Source of the DNA: an uncultured bacterium
Lineage (GTDB): Bacteria; Patescibacteriota; Minisyncoccia; Moranbacterales; UBA2206
NCBI GenBank assembly: GCA_903937035.1
Contig: CAIZXS010000017.1
Location: 660-64,659 of the forward strand
Reading direction: 5' to 3'
Length of the DNA: 64,000 bases
Shown: positions 1-10,614 of the stretch, piece by piece
How positions within the stretch are numbered: position 1 is the stretch's first letter
Layout of the letters: every line of letters begins with the position of its first letter
Notes under the pieces: generated by a model
What the model was told of the DNA's origin: nothing
The model's input: the letters and a program-made list of their open reading frames with translations, nothing else
Databases searched by the model: none
Program-made: the position numbers and the translations under genes

Positions 1-267
1 AGGACGTGATTTTCCCTCCGCCCAAATTTTCATCCCTTAATTTTGATGAGGATTTAGGCGGAGATAATTAAATAAAGTATTGTCTGAAATCAAAAGTTTA
101 TCTTGCTAAGTCGGGATGAAAACTTCAGATGATGCGTGAACGTTGTGGCGAAATAGATTTTTTATCTTGGTGGTAATTCCGAGTTTTGTGATTTGAATAG
201 GGGCAGGAAATTTGATTCTTAATTTATTTATAAAGGGATTTCGGGGTGTTTTTATATTATATTGCAT

Positions 268-837
268 ATGAGAGGATTAATGACCCATGAAGACTATCAA
301 CTGCTTTTGAAGGGAGACTCGGGTAAATATTATGAAGGTCGTTGGGAATATTTTAAAGAAGCTATAGAAATCATTAAAAATAAAGAAGTTAAATCTGTCT
401 TGGAAATAGGTCCTGCTCAAAAACCAATTGTCAAAAATTGTGATGTTATGCTAAAGTCGGAAGATGATATGTGGGGCAGGCCGAAAAATGAATTATTGTA
501 AAAAGAATATTCACATGATGCGACAGAAAAACCTTGGCCGATAAAAGATAAACAATACGATTTACTTATTGCTCTTCAAGTATGGGAACATCTTGATAAT
601 AAACAAAGCAGAGCTTTCCGAGAGGTAATGCGGGTATCAAAAATGGCCATACTTAGTTTTCCATACAGGTGGGACTGTCCAAAAGACAGCAGAAACTTTC
701 CAGCTCATCATATGATAGACAAAGAACTTATTGGCGATTGGACTTTAAATGTTAAGCCAGAAAAGATTATCAAAATTCCAAGGTCTGGCCCAGAAGTTAG
801 CAAGGGGCCAAGAATAATATGTTTTTGGAAGTTTTGA
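268..837 (+). pseudogene. Class I SAM-dependent methyltransferase-like gene interrupted by one in-frame TAA (499-501)
   Basis: ORFs 262-501 and 628-837 share a frame. The gap reads open after the TAA (KEYSHDATEKPWPIKDKQYDLLIALQVWEHL...AFREVMRVSK), giving Methyltransf_11-like motifs together with VLEIGP. Confidence 0.65.
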
Positions 838-914
838 AAAAATGGAATTCTTCGTCGGTTTAGTGTCTTCTGATCTGAACCACCTAGTTCTAATAAATTA
901 ATATATTATAAAAT

Positions 915-1961
915 ATGCTTATGCAAAACTTTTCAAAAGAAGACTTGGAGCGAGCAGTGGAGGCAAATATCTTCACCAAGGAGCAAGTCGAGATGTTTTT
1001 GAATTCTGCAGAGAAAGACTTGGCAAATCAATCAAGCTTTACTTTTATAAACGTAGCCTATTATTTTGGAGCGATGATTGTGATTTCTGCCATGGGCTGG
1101 TTTATGACCTTGGGCTGGGAAAGTCTTGGAGGATTGGGGATAACGCTAATTGCATTGACCTATGCGATTATTTTTGTGCTGCTTGGACGCTATTTGTGGT
1201 TTGGGAAGAATTTGAAAATTCCTGGCGGACTATTTTTTGTCATGGCAACTTGCATGACTCCACTTGCGGTTTATGGCATTCAAAAGTTTACTGGCATTTG
1301 GCCAGCAGATGCGCCGACAGATTTTCGGGGTTATAATATCTGGATACAGGGAAGCTGGATTATTATGGAACTTGCAACAGTTGCTGTGGGCTTGATAATG
1401 CTAAAATTCGTGAAATTCCCATTTCTCACTGCACCGATTGCTTTTTCACTTTGGTATCTTTCAATGGATAGTGTTCCTCTGCTACTCAGGTCAGCTGAAA
1501 TTGACAATAGATTGGTGTCTGTGTTTTTTGGCCTTGTCATGATAGTTGTTACCTATTTTATTGACAGAAAAACAAAGGATGATTATGCATTTTGGGGCTA
1601 TCTATTTGGCATGTTGACTTTTTGGGGTGGACTGACATTTCTTTTGGATAGTTCTAGCGAATTGAGTAAATTTTCATATTGTCTTTTGAATGTATTTCTT
1701 ATAATAATTTCTGTTTGGCTAGAGCGAAAAGTTTTTATTATCTTCGGGTCGCTGGGAGTTTTTGGATATCTTAGTTATTTGTCATTCACTATTTTTTCTG
1801 GATCGATTCTATTTCCTTTCGTGCTGAGTTTTCTGGGACTGGCAATTATTTTTCTAGCAATTAAGTATCAGAAAAATATGTTTGTGATTAATGAAAAAAT
1901 AAAAAAGCTGATTCCAGCTTCTTTGCTTCGATATCAGCCAAAAAATAGAATTTTAAATTAA
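915..1961 (+). CDS. Polytopic membrane protein (DUF2157-like)
   Basis: 348 aa with about 10-11 hydrophobic helices and a short soluble N-terminus. Confidence 0.6.
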   Translation: MLMQNFSKEDLERAVEANIFTKEQVEMFLNSAEKDLANQSSFTFINVAYYFGAMIVISAMGWFMTLGWESLGGLGITLIALTYAIIFVLLGRYLWFGKNLKIPGGLFFVMATCMTPLAVYGIQKFTGIWPADAPTDFRGYNIWIQGSWIIMELATVAVGLIMLKFVKFPFLTAPIAFSLWYLSMDSVPLLLRSAEIDNRLVSVFFGLVMIVVTYFIDRKTKDDYAFWGYLFGMLTFWGGLTFLLDSSSELSKFSYCLLNVFLIIISVWLERKVFIIFGSLGVFGYLSYLSFTIFSGSILFPFVLSFLGLAIIFLAIKYQKNMFVINEKIKKLIPASLLRYQPKNRILN

Positions 1962-1980
1962 GCCTTTTAAGAATTTATCT

Positions 1981-2484
1981 ATGTCTGAGATGTCTGAATT
2001 AAAAAGGGAAATTCCTAAAAATAGGATAGAGATTGCTAGGATGAAAAATCGTCGTGGGCAGATTGGAAATCAGGGTTTTACGGCAGAAGGTGTGGAAAAA
2101 ACCCTGCGCGATATAAATGGGAATTTTATTTCTGAAGGTTCTTCGCTCAAGGAGATGCTTGATGTTGTGCGAGATTCTCCAGAAATGCTCCAAGCAACAA
2201 AAAACTATTTAGAAGAAAATCCAATAGAAATTTCCTTACTACCCGATGGCAGTATTCATCTTGGTGATGGTCATCATCGTTCTTTTATTGCTGATCAGAT
2301 TGGAATGACATCGCTTCCATATCAAGAAAGCGGACAAAAAAAAGAAGAGAAGGTGACTGACGCATCCGGAAAGAAGGAATTACCACGTTCGGGGGAAATG
2401 CTTGTTGATAAAGAATATATCCTCAAGAGTGAGGCAGAGACTAAAAAAAGAATAAAGGAGATTGGTATTCAGCTTGGGATTTAA
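1981..2484 (+). CDS. Hypothetical protein with ParB/Sulfiredoxin-like N-terminal motif
   Basis: PIEI...IHLGDGHHR resembles the ParBc DG(H/N)HR motif. Confidence 0.5.
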   Translation: MSEMSELKREIPKNRIEIARMKNRRGQIGNQGFTAEGVEKTLRDINGNFISEGSSLKEMLDVVRDSPEMLQATKNYLEENPIEISLLPDGSIHLGDGHHRSFIADQIGMTSLPYQESGQKKEEKVTDASGKKELPRSGEMLVDKEYILKSEAETKKRIKEIGIQLGI

Positions 2485-2512
2485 TGCAAAAAACAAGCAA
2501 TATTTTTGCTAT

Positions 2513-4009
2513 TTATAGTAGCCCTTCTTTTTTTAAATACTTCTTTATTTGGCTTTTAGCCAAAGATGTGCGAACAAACTTCAGCCAATCGCGGCTGGGG
2601 TTTTTATGATCCCTGGAAGTGAGGATTTCAATCACCTCGCCATTTTGAATCTTATGGTCCAGTGTGACCATTTTTCCGTTGGATTTAGCCCCGGTGGCAC
2701 GGTTGCCAACTTCTCCATGCACGTGATAGGCAAAGTCGATTGGAGTAGCATCTTCAGGCAGGTCAATGATATCGCCAAGTGGAGTAAAGGCAAAAATATG
2801 ATTTTTAAAAAAATCAATTTTAAGTCCCTCCATAAATTCAGCGTCATTTTTGCCCAATTCATTTTGCCATTCGCGCAATTGGTTGACCCAGACCAATTCT
2901 TTTTCAGGTACGGCATGCTTGCTTTTAAGAAAGAAATTTTTCAATTTTCTTTTATTTTCTGAATAGATCCAGTGTGAGGCGATGCCAAACTCTGCTTCGT
3001 CATCCATTTTTTTGGTGCGGATCTGCACTTCCAGAAAAATCCCTTCAGGACCAAAAATGGTTGTATGAATCGACTGGTAGCCATTTGGTTTTGGTAGTGA
3101 TATGTAGTCCTTGATACGCCCAACAAGCGGACGATATTGCTTATGTACGATGCCAAGCGTCTCATAGCAATTAGCAAGTTCTGGCACAATGATTCGGATA
3201 CCGATTAAATCATAAATCTTGCTGATATCCATATCATGCCGTTTCAGTTTTTGATATAAGCTGTGAATATGTTTGGTTCTGCCAAAGATATTCAAAACAT
3301 TAATTCCTTCTTTGGTTAGTTCTTTTTTGAGCTCACTCACCATTTTGTCAATGTATTTTTTTCGTTGTCCATATTGGTGGGCAACAAGTTTTTCTGTTGT
3401 GATGAAATTATCTCGGTCAAGATATTTGAAAGCCAGATCTTCAAGACGAACTTTAATCTCTCCAATCCCTAATCGATTAGCAATGGGAACAAAAACCTCC
3501 ATTGTTTCAAGAGCAATGCGCTGTTGTTTTTCAGGAGGGAGATATTCTAGTGTTTCCATGTTGTGCAGACGATCGGCAAGCTTGATGAGGACAACGCGAA
3601 TATCTGAAGCCATGGCGAGAAACATTTTGCGTAAATTTTCTAAATAGGTATCTTCCTTTGACCCGCGCAATTTAATTTTTCCCAACTTTGTCACACCATC
3701 AACCATTGTGGCAATTTCCTTGCCAAACTTGTGTTCAAGTTCTTTCAGTGTGACAGGTGTATCCTCGGGTACATCATGCAAAAGTCCTGCTGCAATTGTC
3801 TTGGATCCGAGTCCAATTTTTGCCAAAGTAAGTGCTGCATGCAATGGGTGCTGGATGTAGTCGTCTTTGCCTGACTTGCGTTTTTGTCCCAAGTGGGCTT
3901 TTTCCGCTACTGCATAGGCACCACGAATCAAAGCTTCTTTTTTGAATTCCAAGGTAAATTTGACGTTTCGCAGGACATCTTCAATGGTAATATTTTCTTC
4001 AATAGACAT
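2513..4009 (-). CDS. rel: RelA/SpoT family (p)ppGpp synthetase/hydrolase (HD + SYNTH + TGS, no C-terminal ACT)
   Basis: HDVPED, IKLADRLHNM, KPNGYQSIHT, EVQIRT and TPIDFAY motifs. Confidence 0.93.
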   Translation of the reverse strand: MSIEENITIEDVLRNVKFTLEFKKEALIRGAYAVAEKAHLGQKRKSGKDDYIQHPLHAALTLAKIGLGSKTIAAGLLHDVPEDTPVTLKELEHKFGKEIATMVDGVTKLGKIKLRGSKEDTYLENLRKMFLAMASDIRVVLIKLADRLHNMETLEYLPPEKQQRIALETMEVFVPIANRLGIGEIKVRLEDLAFKYLDRDNFITTEKLVAHQYGQRKKYIDKMVSELKKELTKEGINVLNIFGRTKHIHSLYQKLKRHDMDISKIYDLIGIRIIVPELANCYETLGIVHKQYRPLVGRIKDYISLPKPNGYQSIHTTIFGPEGIFLEVQIRTKKMDDEAEFGIASHWIYSENKRKLKNFFLKSKHAVPEKELVWVNQLREWQNELGKNDAEFMEGLKIDFFKNHIFAFTPLGDIIDLPEDATPIDFAYHVHGEVGNRATGAKSNGKMVTLDHKIQNGEVIEILTSRDHKNPSRDWLKFVRTSLAKSQIKKYLKKEGLL

Positions 4010-4033
4010 AAATTTATTCCTAAGTATCAGTGA

Positions 4034-6292
4034 CTACTTCTCAAAATTACATTCTTTATTGGAACATTTTGCCTTACCTTTGGCGGCGAAAAGCATAAGA
4101 GAGTTACAGTTTGGGCAATTTTCACCGGTGGGCTTGTTCCAGGCAGAAAAATCACATGCCGGGTAAGCGCTGCAGCCGTAAAATACGCGGCCTTTCTTGG
4201 ATTTTCGTTCGACAATGTCACCTGTTTTGCATTTGGGACATTTGATTCCAGTTTTATTTTCAATGCGTTTGATGCCTTTGCATTCAGGATAGTTGGAGCA
4301 ACCCAAGAAAACTCCGAATTTACCTCTTTTGACTGCCATCTTGGCGCCGCATTTTTCGCAGATTTCTTCAGAAAACTCTTCTTCGATTTTCTTTTCTGCC
4401 CCAGTTTTTTCAGTGTAGCGACAGTTTGGATAATTGGAGCAGGCAATAAATTTTCCAAAGCGTCCAAATTTCATAATGAGATCGCCACCACAATCAGGAC
4501 AGCTTTTATCTAGTTTTTCTTGAAATTCTTCTTTTTTAACATCCTTTGTTTTAGTTTTAAGATTGGCATGAAAAGGTTCATAGAATTCTCTGATGACTGG
4601 TACCCATTTCTTTGCTCCTTCGGCAATTTCATCAAAATCTTTTTCTAGCGTTGCCGTAAAAGCCATGTCAACAATTTTTGGGAAATGAGAAACGAGTGTG
4701 TCGCTAACGAGTGTGCCAATTTCCAGTGGGAATAGGCGCTTTTCTTCATTTTTGTCAACATATTTTCTTTCAATGATTGTGGAAATCGTTGGGGCATAAG
4801 TAGAAGGACGACCAATGCCATTTTCTTCCAAAACTTTGACGAGCGTCGCTTCGTTGTAGCGCGGAGGTTGATTTGTTGTTTTTCCTTCGGTGTTGGCCGA
4901 AACAAGTTCAAGCGCGTCTCCAGCTTCCATTGGGGGAAGCAGTGTGTCAGTCGTCGCGGATTTTTTGTCAGAATAAACCTTCAAGTATCCTTCAAAAGTG
5001 AGGATTGATCCACTAGCGCTAAGCGCATAAATATTTTTGGTTGATTTTTCCGAAGTGGATATATCGACTTTTACAGAATTGAAAACAGCGCATTCCATTT
5101 GAGATGCGATCATTCTATTCCAAATCAATCTATAGAGTTTATATTGTCCCAATTCAAGCTTATCCTTCAACTCTTCGGGAGTTTTTTCTGGATAGGCGGG
5201 CCTGATTGCTTCATGGGCTTCTTGTGCGCCTTTGGATTTGTTCTTGAAATAACGTGGGCTTTTCAGCGCAAAATTAGCGCCATATAATTTTTGAATTGTT
5301 TTTTGCGCAGAAACAAGAGATTCTAGTGAGAGATTAAGACTGTCAGTTCTCATGTATGTGATAAATCCTTGTTCGTAAAGTTTTTGAGCTAGAACCATTG
5401 TCTGTTTTGAGCTGTAGCCCAAACTGCTGATAGCTGATTGTTGCAATGTGGAAGTTGTGAAGGGTGGTGGGGGAGTCTTGGTGGTTTCTCTTTTGGAGAT
5501 GTTTTCTACTTTATATTGGCATTTTTCCAGATCAGAAATTATTTCTAATGCGTCCTTTTCGTTCGATAGAATTGTTTTTTTGATCTTATAATCACCAGCA
5601 AAAAGGTCGAGGGTGATGACCGATTCAATTTTTTTGTCATTCTTCTTGATGAGATCAGCTGGAAACTCAGATTCTTTTTCTCCCGCTTTGGTTTTTAAAA
5701 CTAAATTTATTTTCCAATAATTTTCCGCCTTAAATTTTTCGATCTCTTTTTCTCTTTCGACGATGATGCGAAGAGCCATGGACTGAACGCGACCAGCACT
5801 TAATCCTCGGCGGATTTTTTTCCAGAGAAAGGGTGATAATTCATAACCGACCAAACGATCAAGAATGCGCCTTGCCTGTTGCGCATCGACTAAATTGAGA
5901 TCTAGCTCACGTGGCGTGGCGAGTGCTTTTTCAATCGCGGTCTTGGTGATTTCATGAAAGACGATGCGGGAAATTTTTTCACCTTTAAAGTTTTTATCAA
6001 GTTCAAGCGCTGTAGCAAGGTGCCATGAAATTGCCTCTCCTTCGCGGTCTTCGTCAGTTGCGAGAATCACTCCCGTGGCTTTTTTGGCTAGTTTTTTGAG
6101 TTCATCAACGCGGTCAGCTACTTTATTAGGGATGACATATTGCGGGGCGAAATCATGCTCGATATCAATTCCCATTTCTTTTTGAGGCAAATCGCGGATA
6201 TGACCATAACTAGATTTGACTAGATAGCTTTTATCGAGAAATTTAGTAATAGTCTTGGCTTTAGTTGGCGACTCAACAATAATCAGTTTCAT
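4034..6292 (-). CDS. topA: DNA topoisomerase I with C-terminal zinc ribbons
   Basis: IVESPTKAKTI, ATDEDREGEAI, SAGRVQS, ITYMRTDS, GIGRPSTYA and repeated CPxC ribbons. Confidence 0.97.
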   Translation of the reverse strand: MKLIIVESPTKAKTITKFLDKSYLVKSSYGHIRDLPQKEMGIDIEHDFAPQYVIPNKVADRVDELKKLAKKATGVILATDEDREGEAISWHLATALELDKNFKGEKISRIVFHEITKTAIEKALATPRELDLNLVDAQQARRILDRLVGYELSPFLWKKIRRGLSAGRVQSMALRIIVEREKEIEKFKAENYWKINLVLKTKAGEKESEFPADLIKKNDKKIESVITLDLFAGDYKIKKTILSNEKDALEIISDLEKCQYKVENISKRETTKTPPPPFTTSTLQQSAISSLGYSSKQTMVLAQKLYEQGFITYMRTDSLNLSLESLVSAQKTIQKLYGANFALKSPRYFKNKSKGAQEAHEAIRPAYPEKTPEELKDKLELGQYKLYRLIWNRMIASQMECAVFNSVKVDISTSEKSTKNIYALSASGSILTFEGYLKVYSDKKSATTDTLLPPMEAGDALELVSANTEGKTTNQPPRYNEATLVKVLEENGIGRPSTYAPTISTIIERKYVDKNEEKRLFPLEIGTLVSDTLVSHFPKIVDMAFTATLEKDFDEIAEGAKKWVPVIREFYEPFHANLKTKTKDVKKEEFQEKLDKSCPDCGGDLIMKFGRFGKFIACSNYPNCRYTEKTGAEKKIEEEFSEEICEKCGAKMAVKRGKFGVFLGCSNYPECKGIKRIENKTGIKCPKCKTGDIVERKSKKGRVFYGCSAYPACDFSAWNKPTGENCPNCNSLMLFAAKGKAKCSNKECNFEK

Positions 6293-6507
6293 AAATTACG
6301 ACGAGGATAAGAATTATATGACTTACGCCTACCCCAAAAACAATCTTTAAAGCGCGTGGTTGCTTAGAGTTTGTTTTTTGCTTATATTAACCCCTAAAAC
6401 CCGGATCAACCTTGGCTATAGAAAAGTTTGTTTTTGGCAAACGTGTAAGTCCTGAATTAAATAACCATTATCTATCATAAACCAAAACTGAATTTTCTCC
6501 AAGTTTT

Positions 6508-6771
6508 TTAGATTGAACCAGCTGCTTTTAAGATGCCGACCACTCCAATGATAACCCAAAATACGTTTAGCAGAGTATAGGCTTTATCTTTTTTTAAAAC
6601 TGAGCACCAAGAGAGTAGGACCGCATCGGTTGTGTTAAATATCCAAACAAACATGAAAGGGCTGGCCGGTCCGAGCCAACTGACCAATGAAAAGCTAGAA
6701 ATACGCATTACGACGCCGACCAGTTCGAAAGTTTTGATGTTTTTACGAACAAATTGGTTGATTGGTTTCAT
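6508..6771 (-). CDS. Small membrane protein
   Basis: 87 aa, hydrophobic. Confidence 0.55.
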   Translation of the reverse strand: MKPINQFVRKNIKTFELVGVVMRISSFSLVSWLGPASPFMFVWIFNTTDAVLLSWCSVLKKDKAYTLLNVFWVIIGVVGILKAAGSI

Positions 6772-6830
6772 AGGAGTTTAGTTTAATTATTTTTTTAGTA
6801 TGTATATGGTTGCAAAAAATAAATCCCAAT

Positions 6831-7003
6831 TGTCATCCTGAGCGAAGCGGAGCGAAGTCGAAGGATCTGCTTTCCATTATCATAAGCCTTGCTATTGAGT
6901 AGAAAACTTTGGGCTGCGGTTGGTAGGTCCTTGTGCCACCGCTAAAGCTAAGGCGACATGCGGTCGGCTTCGTCCTAAATGCAGGACTCCGCTCAGGGCG
7001 ACA
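6831..7003. repeat. Palindromic REP/BIME-like element, family A (TGTCATCCTGAGC...GAAGGATCT / GCTCAGG..GACA)
   Basis: Ends match the copies at 21551-21688 and 40842-40958. Confidence 0.75.
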
Positions 7004-7010
7004 CTCGTTC

Positions 7011-8093
7011 TTATTGCAAGAGAATATAGTTTTGTCCACCGAGATTTTTGACCCAGCCTTTAATCTCCATCATGATGAGGGTTGATGAAATTACATGTAC
7101 GGTTAGATTGGCACGTTTGGCGATATTGTCAATATGGAGTGGGACATCACTGAGGACCGAAAGGAGCAGTTCTTCTTCCTTGCTCTCTGGCAACTTGAGT
7201 TTTGTTTTCTTGAGTTCATTGACTTGCGAAAGATTGAATTCTTCCAAGATATCTTGGACGCAGGTGACAATTTTGGCTCCGGATTTAATCAGGTTGTTGG
7301 TGCCAATTGAGGTTGGGGAGAAAATCGATCCGGGAATGGAAAAAACCTCTCGGTTGCTTTCTAGTGCCATCTTCGCGGTAATCAAGGTGCCGCTTTTTTC
7401 ACTAGCTTCGATAATGAGTGTACCAAGAGACATCCCGGCAATAATTCTGTTTCTGGCTGGAAAAGTTATTGTAGTGGCTGGCGTTCCTGGCGTATAGTCG
7501 CTCAGAATCAGTCCGCCACTCGCGATAATTTCTTGGGCAAGTTGAAAATTAGTTCGTGGATAGATACTTTCATCATCAATGCCACTACCTAAAACTGCTA
7601 TGGTTTTTCCTTTAACTTCCAATGCTCCTCTATGCGAAATGGCGTCAATGCCTAGTGCTAGGCCACTAATGATTGCAAAGCCAGCTCTTGCTAGGTCGCG
7701 AGCAAAAGAATTGGCCAGTTGCTCGCCATAAGCAGAATATTTTCTTGATCCAACAATGGAGATGGTTGGAATATTGTTTAGGGCTAATTCTCCGCGAGTA
7801 TATATGATATAGGGTGGGTTGTGAATTTCTTTGAGGAGCTTTGGATAGTCGGGGCTTGTGAATTCAATCAGTTGGATGTTCGCCAGCTCTAGCTTTTCCC
7901 ATTCTTCATCTGGATTGATATCTTGTTTTTTGAAATAAATATTTTCAGGTAATTTGCTATCACCCAATGCTTGCTTGAGAGTTGAGATGTCTGCTTGCCA
8001 GACGTTTTGGGCTGAGCCAAGAGCGCCGAGAAGCGTTCTGATCTTTTGCGAGCCAACGCCTTGAATCTTGTTTAATGCATGAAGATATTTCAT
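7011..8093 (-). CDS. dprA: DNA-processing protein DprA
   Basis: IVGSRK, IISGLALGIDA, FPARNRIIAG and SGTLITA motifs; start moved to ATG 8093. Confidence 0.95.
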   Translation of the reverse strand: MKYLHALNKIQGVGSQKIRTLLGALGSAQNVWQADISTLKQALGDSKLPENIYFKKQDINPDEEWEKLELANIQLIEFTSPDYPKLLKEIHNPPYIIYTRGELALNNIPTISIVGSRKYSAYGEQLANSFARDLARAGFAIISGLALGIDAISHRGALEVKGKTIAVLGSGIDDESIYPRTNFQLAQEIIASGGLILSDYTPGTPATTITFPARNRIIAGMSLGTLIIEASEKSGTLITAKMALESNREVFSIPGSIFSPTSIGTNNLIKSGAKIVTCVQDILEEFNLSQVNELKKTKLKLPESKEEELLLSVLSDVPLHIDNIAKRANLTVHVISSTLIMMEIKGWVKNLGGQNYILLQ

Positions 8094-8192
8094 TAGCTTA
8101 CAATAACACAGGGGCTTTGGGCTTGACAAATTTATTGAATGTGTGCTAGTATTTCTGGAAGTCAAAAATAACTTAATTTAAAGCTTAAAACG

Positions 8193-9254
8193 ATGAATAT
8201 AGACGCGAATTCCAAGAGTAAGTCAAAAGAGAGAGTAGAAAACTCTTTTTTCATTATGGCGGAAAAGATGCTATCTCAGTTGCCTCAGAGAGGGCAAGAT
8301 ATCCTAAAGAAGCGCTTTGGCCTTGTTGACGACTATACAGTTCAAACTCTGGAAAAGATTGGTTCAGATTACAATATTACCAGAGAACGTGTACGCCAAA
8401 TTATTTCTGATGCAAGAAAGAATATTAGCAGTAAAAGTGAGGAAGCGAATTTTCAGGAAGTGGAAAATAGCTTGTTTTTTGCGATTGAGAAAAAATGTGG
8501 TATAATCAAAGAGGAAGATGTCCTCGAAGAGCTTAGTTTGCGTGGATCGCGCCAAGAGGAGAATGCGGTACGGTTTTTAGTAGACTGTTCTCGAAAAATA
8601 TCTGTTATTGCAGAAAAAAATAGAATTGAAAGGTCTTGGGTGGCTTCTCCGGAAGTTTTGACAAAAGTGTCAAAAATATCAAAGGCAGCTCATGAGCTTT
8701 TGGAGAAAAATAAAAAGTTGCTCAGTGATGATGAAATTTCTCAGGAGTTGGTAATGATTTTGGGAGATTTTTCAAAGAAAGAAGTTTTGAGCTATTTGAG
8801 TGTTCTTTTTGGGATTAAGAAAAATAAATTTGGAAAATGGGGCATGCGACATTGGCCGGAAATTAGCCCAAAGGGTAGTCGAGAAAAGATTTATTTGATT
8901 TTAAAGGAAGAAAAGAAGCCTTTGCATTTCACTGGTATTGCGGCGTTGATTGAAAAGCACAAGCTGGGAACGAAAAAAGTGCACCCTCAAACAATTCATA
9001 ATGAATTGATTAAAGACGAAAGGTTCGTATTGATTGGACGAGGAATCTATGCGCTGAGTGAATGGGGCTATTCCGGTGGTGCGGTTAAAGATGTTCTTCG
9101 GACCATTTTGGAAAAAAGTGAAAATCCGCTTGATCGAGAGGAAATTATCAAGAAAGTTTTTCAGGTCAGAAAAGTGAAACGAACAACAATCATGATTAAT
9201 TTGAATAGTAAGCATTTTGAAAAAGTGGGAACTGGATATAGATTGAAGAAATAA
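8193..9254 (+). CDS. Sigma-70 region-4-like HTH plus HARE/RNAP-delta-like winged-helix protein
   Basis: RFGL..TLEKIG..YNITRERVRQI at the N-terminus; PLHF...QTIHNELIKDERFVLIGRGIYAL at the C-terminus. Confidence 0.75.
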   Translation: MNIDANSKSKSKERVENSFFIMAEKMLSQLPQRGQDILKKRFGLVDDYTVQTLEKIGSDYNITRERVRQIISDARKNISSKSEEANFQEVENSLFFAIEKKCGIIKEEDVLEELSLRGSRQEENAVRFLVDCSRKISVIAEKNRIERSWVASPEVLTKVSKISKAAHELLEKNKKLLSDDEISQELVMILGDFSKKEVLSYLSVLFGIKKNKFGKWGMRHWPEISPKGSREKIYLILKEEKKPLHFTGIAALIEKHKLGTKKVHPQTIHNELIKDERFVLIGRGIYALSEWGYSGGAVKDVLRTILEKSENPLDREEIIKKVFQVRKVKRTTIMINLNSKHFEKVGTGYRLKK

Positions 9255-9317
9255 CATAGCGCTTCAACGTAGGCGGGTCATTGAAAGATTTTCTATATTT
9301 CTAAAATAAAAATTATA

Positions 9318-10595
9318 ATGAATGGTTCTGTTTCTATTTTTTATATTTTAAATAATTTTTGGGGCGTATTCGCGTCTTCTTGGTGGCTAATCTTGCCATG
9401 GCCTGTTTGGTATATCTTTAGGGAAGTTTGGTTTGATTACGTTTCGCATTATGGAGCTGATTGCTGGAACTCGAAATATAAGTGGGCGATGCTTGAGGTG
9501 GTTCCTCCGCGTGAAATTGAAAGAGGGCCCAAGCCAATGGAAGTTTTTTTCACCGGGCTATCAGGAGTCATCTCTACGCATAATAATTTTACTATCTGGC
9601 TGGATGGAGCATTCAGGCAGGATTATTTTGGCTTGGAGCTGGTGGGAGAGGAGGGCAAAGTGCACTATTATATTCGGCTTTTGAAGAAATATCGTAATTT
9701 GGTTGAAGCGCAAATTTATGCACAATATCCTGAAGCGCAGGTTATGGAAGTGGAGGATTACTATCCAAAATTTCCTAAGGTTATTCCGAATAAAAAATGG
9801 GATCTTTGGGGCGCTGACTTTGTTTTTGTAAAGCCCGATCCCTATTATCCTCTTAAAACTTATGATCAATTTGAAGAGAGTATAACGGGTGAAATGATTG
9901 ACCCAATGGCTGCTCTTGTGGAGGTTTTAGGAACATTGGGACCGGGACAGCATATTTGGTTGCAATACGTGATTGTGCCTGTGCAGGAAGGCGAATCAAT
10001 CAAGGGCGGGAAAGTTTTGGCTGATAAATTGAAATTTAGAGCGACGGAGTCGGCAGGTGGAAGATTAATCTCTGATGTTGTTGACGTTCTCTCTAATCTT
10101 TGGGCGGGGCTTTTTGGTCCACCGGAATTTAAAGTGGCTGCTGCCAAAAAAGACGAATTGCCATTGGAGATGCGACTCTCCACAGTGGAGAAAGATATCT
10201 TGAAAGCCGTTGAGGAAAATTTGGGCAAGAATTTTTTCAAAACCAAAATGCGTATGATATATTTGGGTAAGCGAGAAGGTTTTGACAAATCTCACGTGAG
10301 TGCTTTTGTTGGTGCAGTCAAGCAATTTAATGATTTAAATATGAATCAGATCAAGCCGGAGGATATCAGCAAGACCTATGGCCAAATTTTCTTTATAGAT
10401 AGGATTACCAATCTGCGAAAGCGCAAAATTTACGACCGTTATCGCCGAAGAAATATGGACGGAGTCAATCTTATGCTTTCTACGAAAGAACTGGCAACTA
10501 TGTTTCATTTTCCTGATTTGTCAGTTAAGTCTCATGCAATTACTCAGACCACCTCTAAGTTGGGAGCGGCACCTTCAAATTTGCCCATCGACTAA
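9318..10595 (+). CDS. Membrane-anchored partner of the TraD/VirD4-like ATPase
   Basis: N-terminal TM, IYAQYPEA, YPLKTY and ELATMFHFP motifs; adjacent to the ATPase gene. Confidence 0.65.
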   Translation: MNGSVSIFYILNNFWGVFASSWWLILPWPVWYIFREVWFDYVSHYGADCWNSKYKWAMLEVVPPREIERGPKPMEVFFTGLSGVISTHNNFTIWLDGAFRQDYFGLELVGEEGKVHYYIRLLKKYRNLVEAQIYAQYPEAQVMEVEDYYPKFPKVIPNKKWDLWGADFVFVKPDPYYPLKTYDQFEESITGEMIDPMAALVEVLGTLGPGQHIWLQYVIVPVQEGESIKGGKVLADKLKFRATESAGGRLISDVVDVLSNLWAGLFGPPEFKVAAAKKDELPLEMRLSTVEKDILKAVEENLGKNFFKTKMRMIYLGKREGFDKSHVSAFVGAVKQFNDLNMNQIKPEDISKTYGQIFFIDRITNLRKRKIYDRYRRRNMDGVNLMLSTKELATMFHFPDLSVKSHAITQTTSKLGAAPSNLPID

Positions 10596-10614
10596 TTAAT
10601 ACATATACACAAAA

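Noticed and set aside
1-61. Possible tRNA/tmRNA 3' end or att site at the window start
   Set aside because: Only an imperfect hairpin (18-61) is visible; too little context.
499-501. Stop-codon reassignment
   Set aside because: TAA, TAG and TGA all end conserved genes at expected positions (e.g. infA TAA, rpmJ TAG, pheT TGA), so a single case does not support recoding.
6833-7039. 68-aa ORF (also 21614-21832)
   Set aside because: These are translations of family A palindromic repeats (the CHPERS-type frame).
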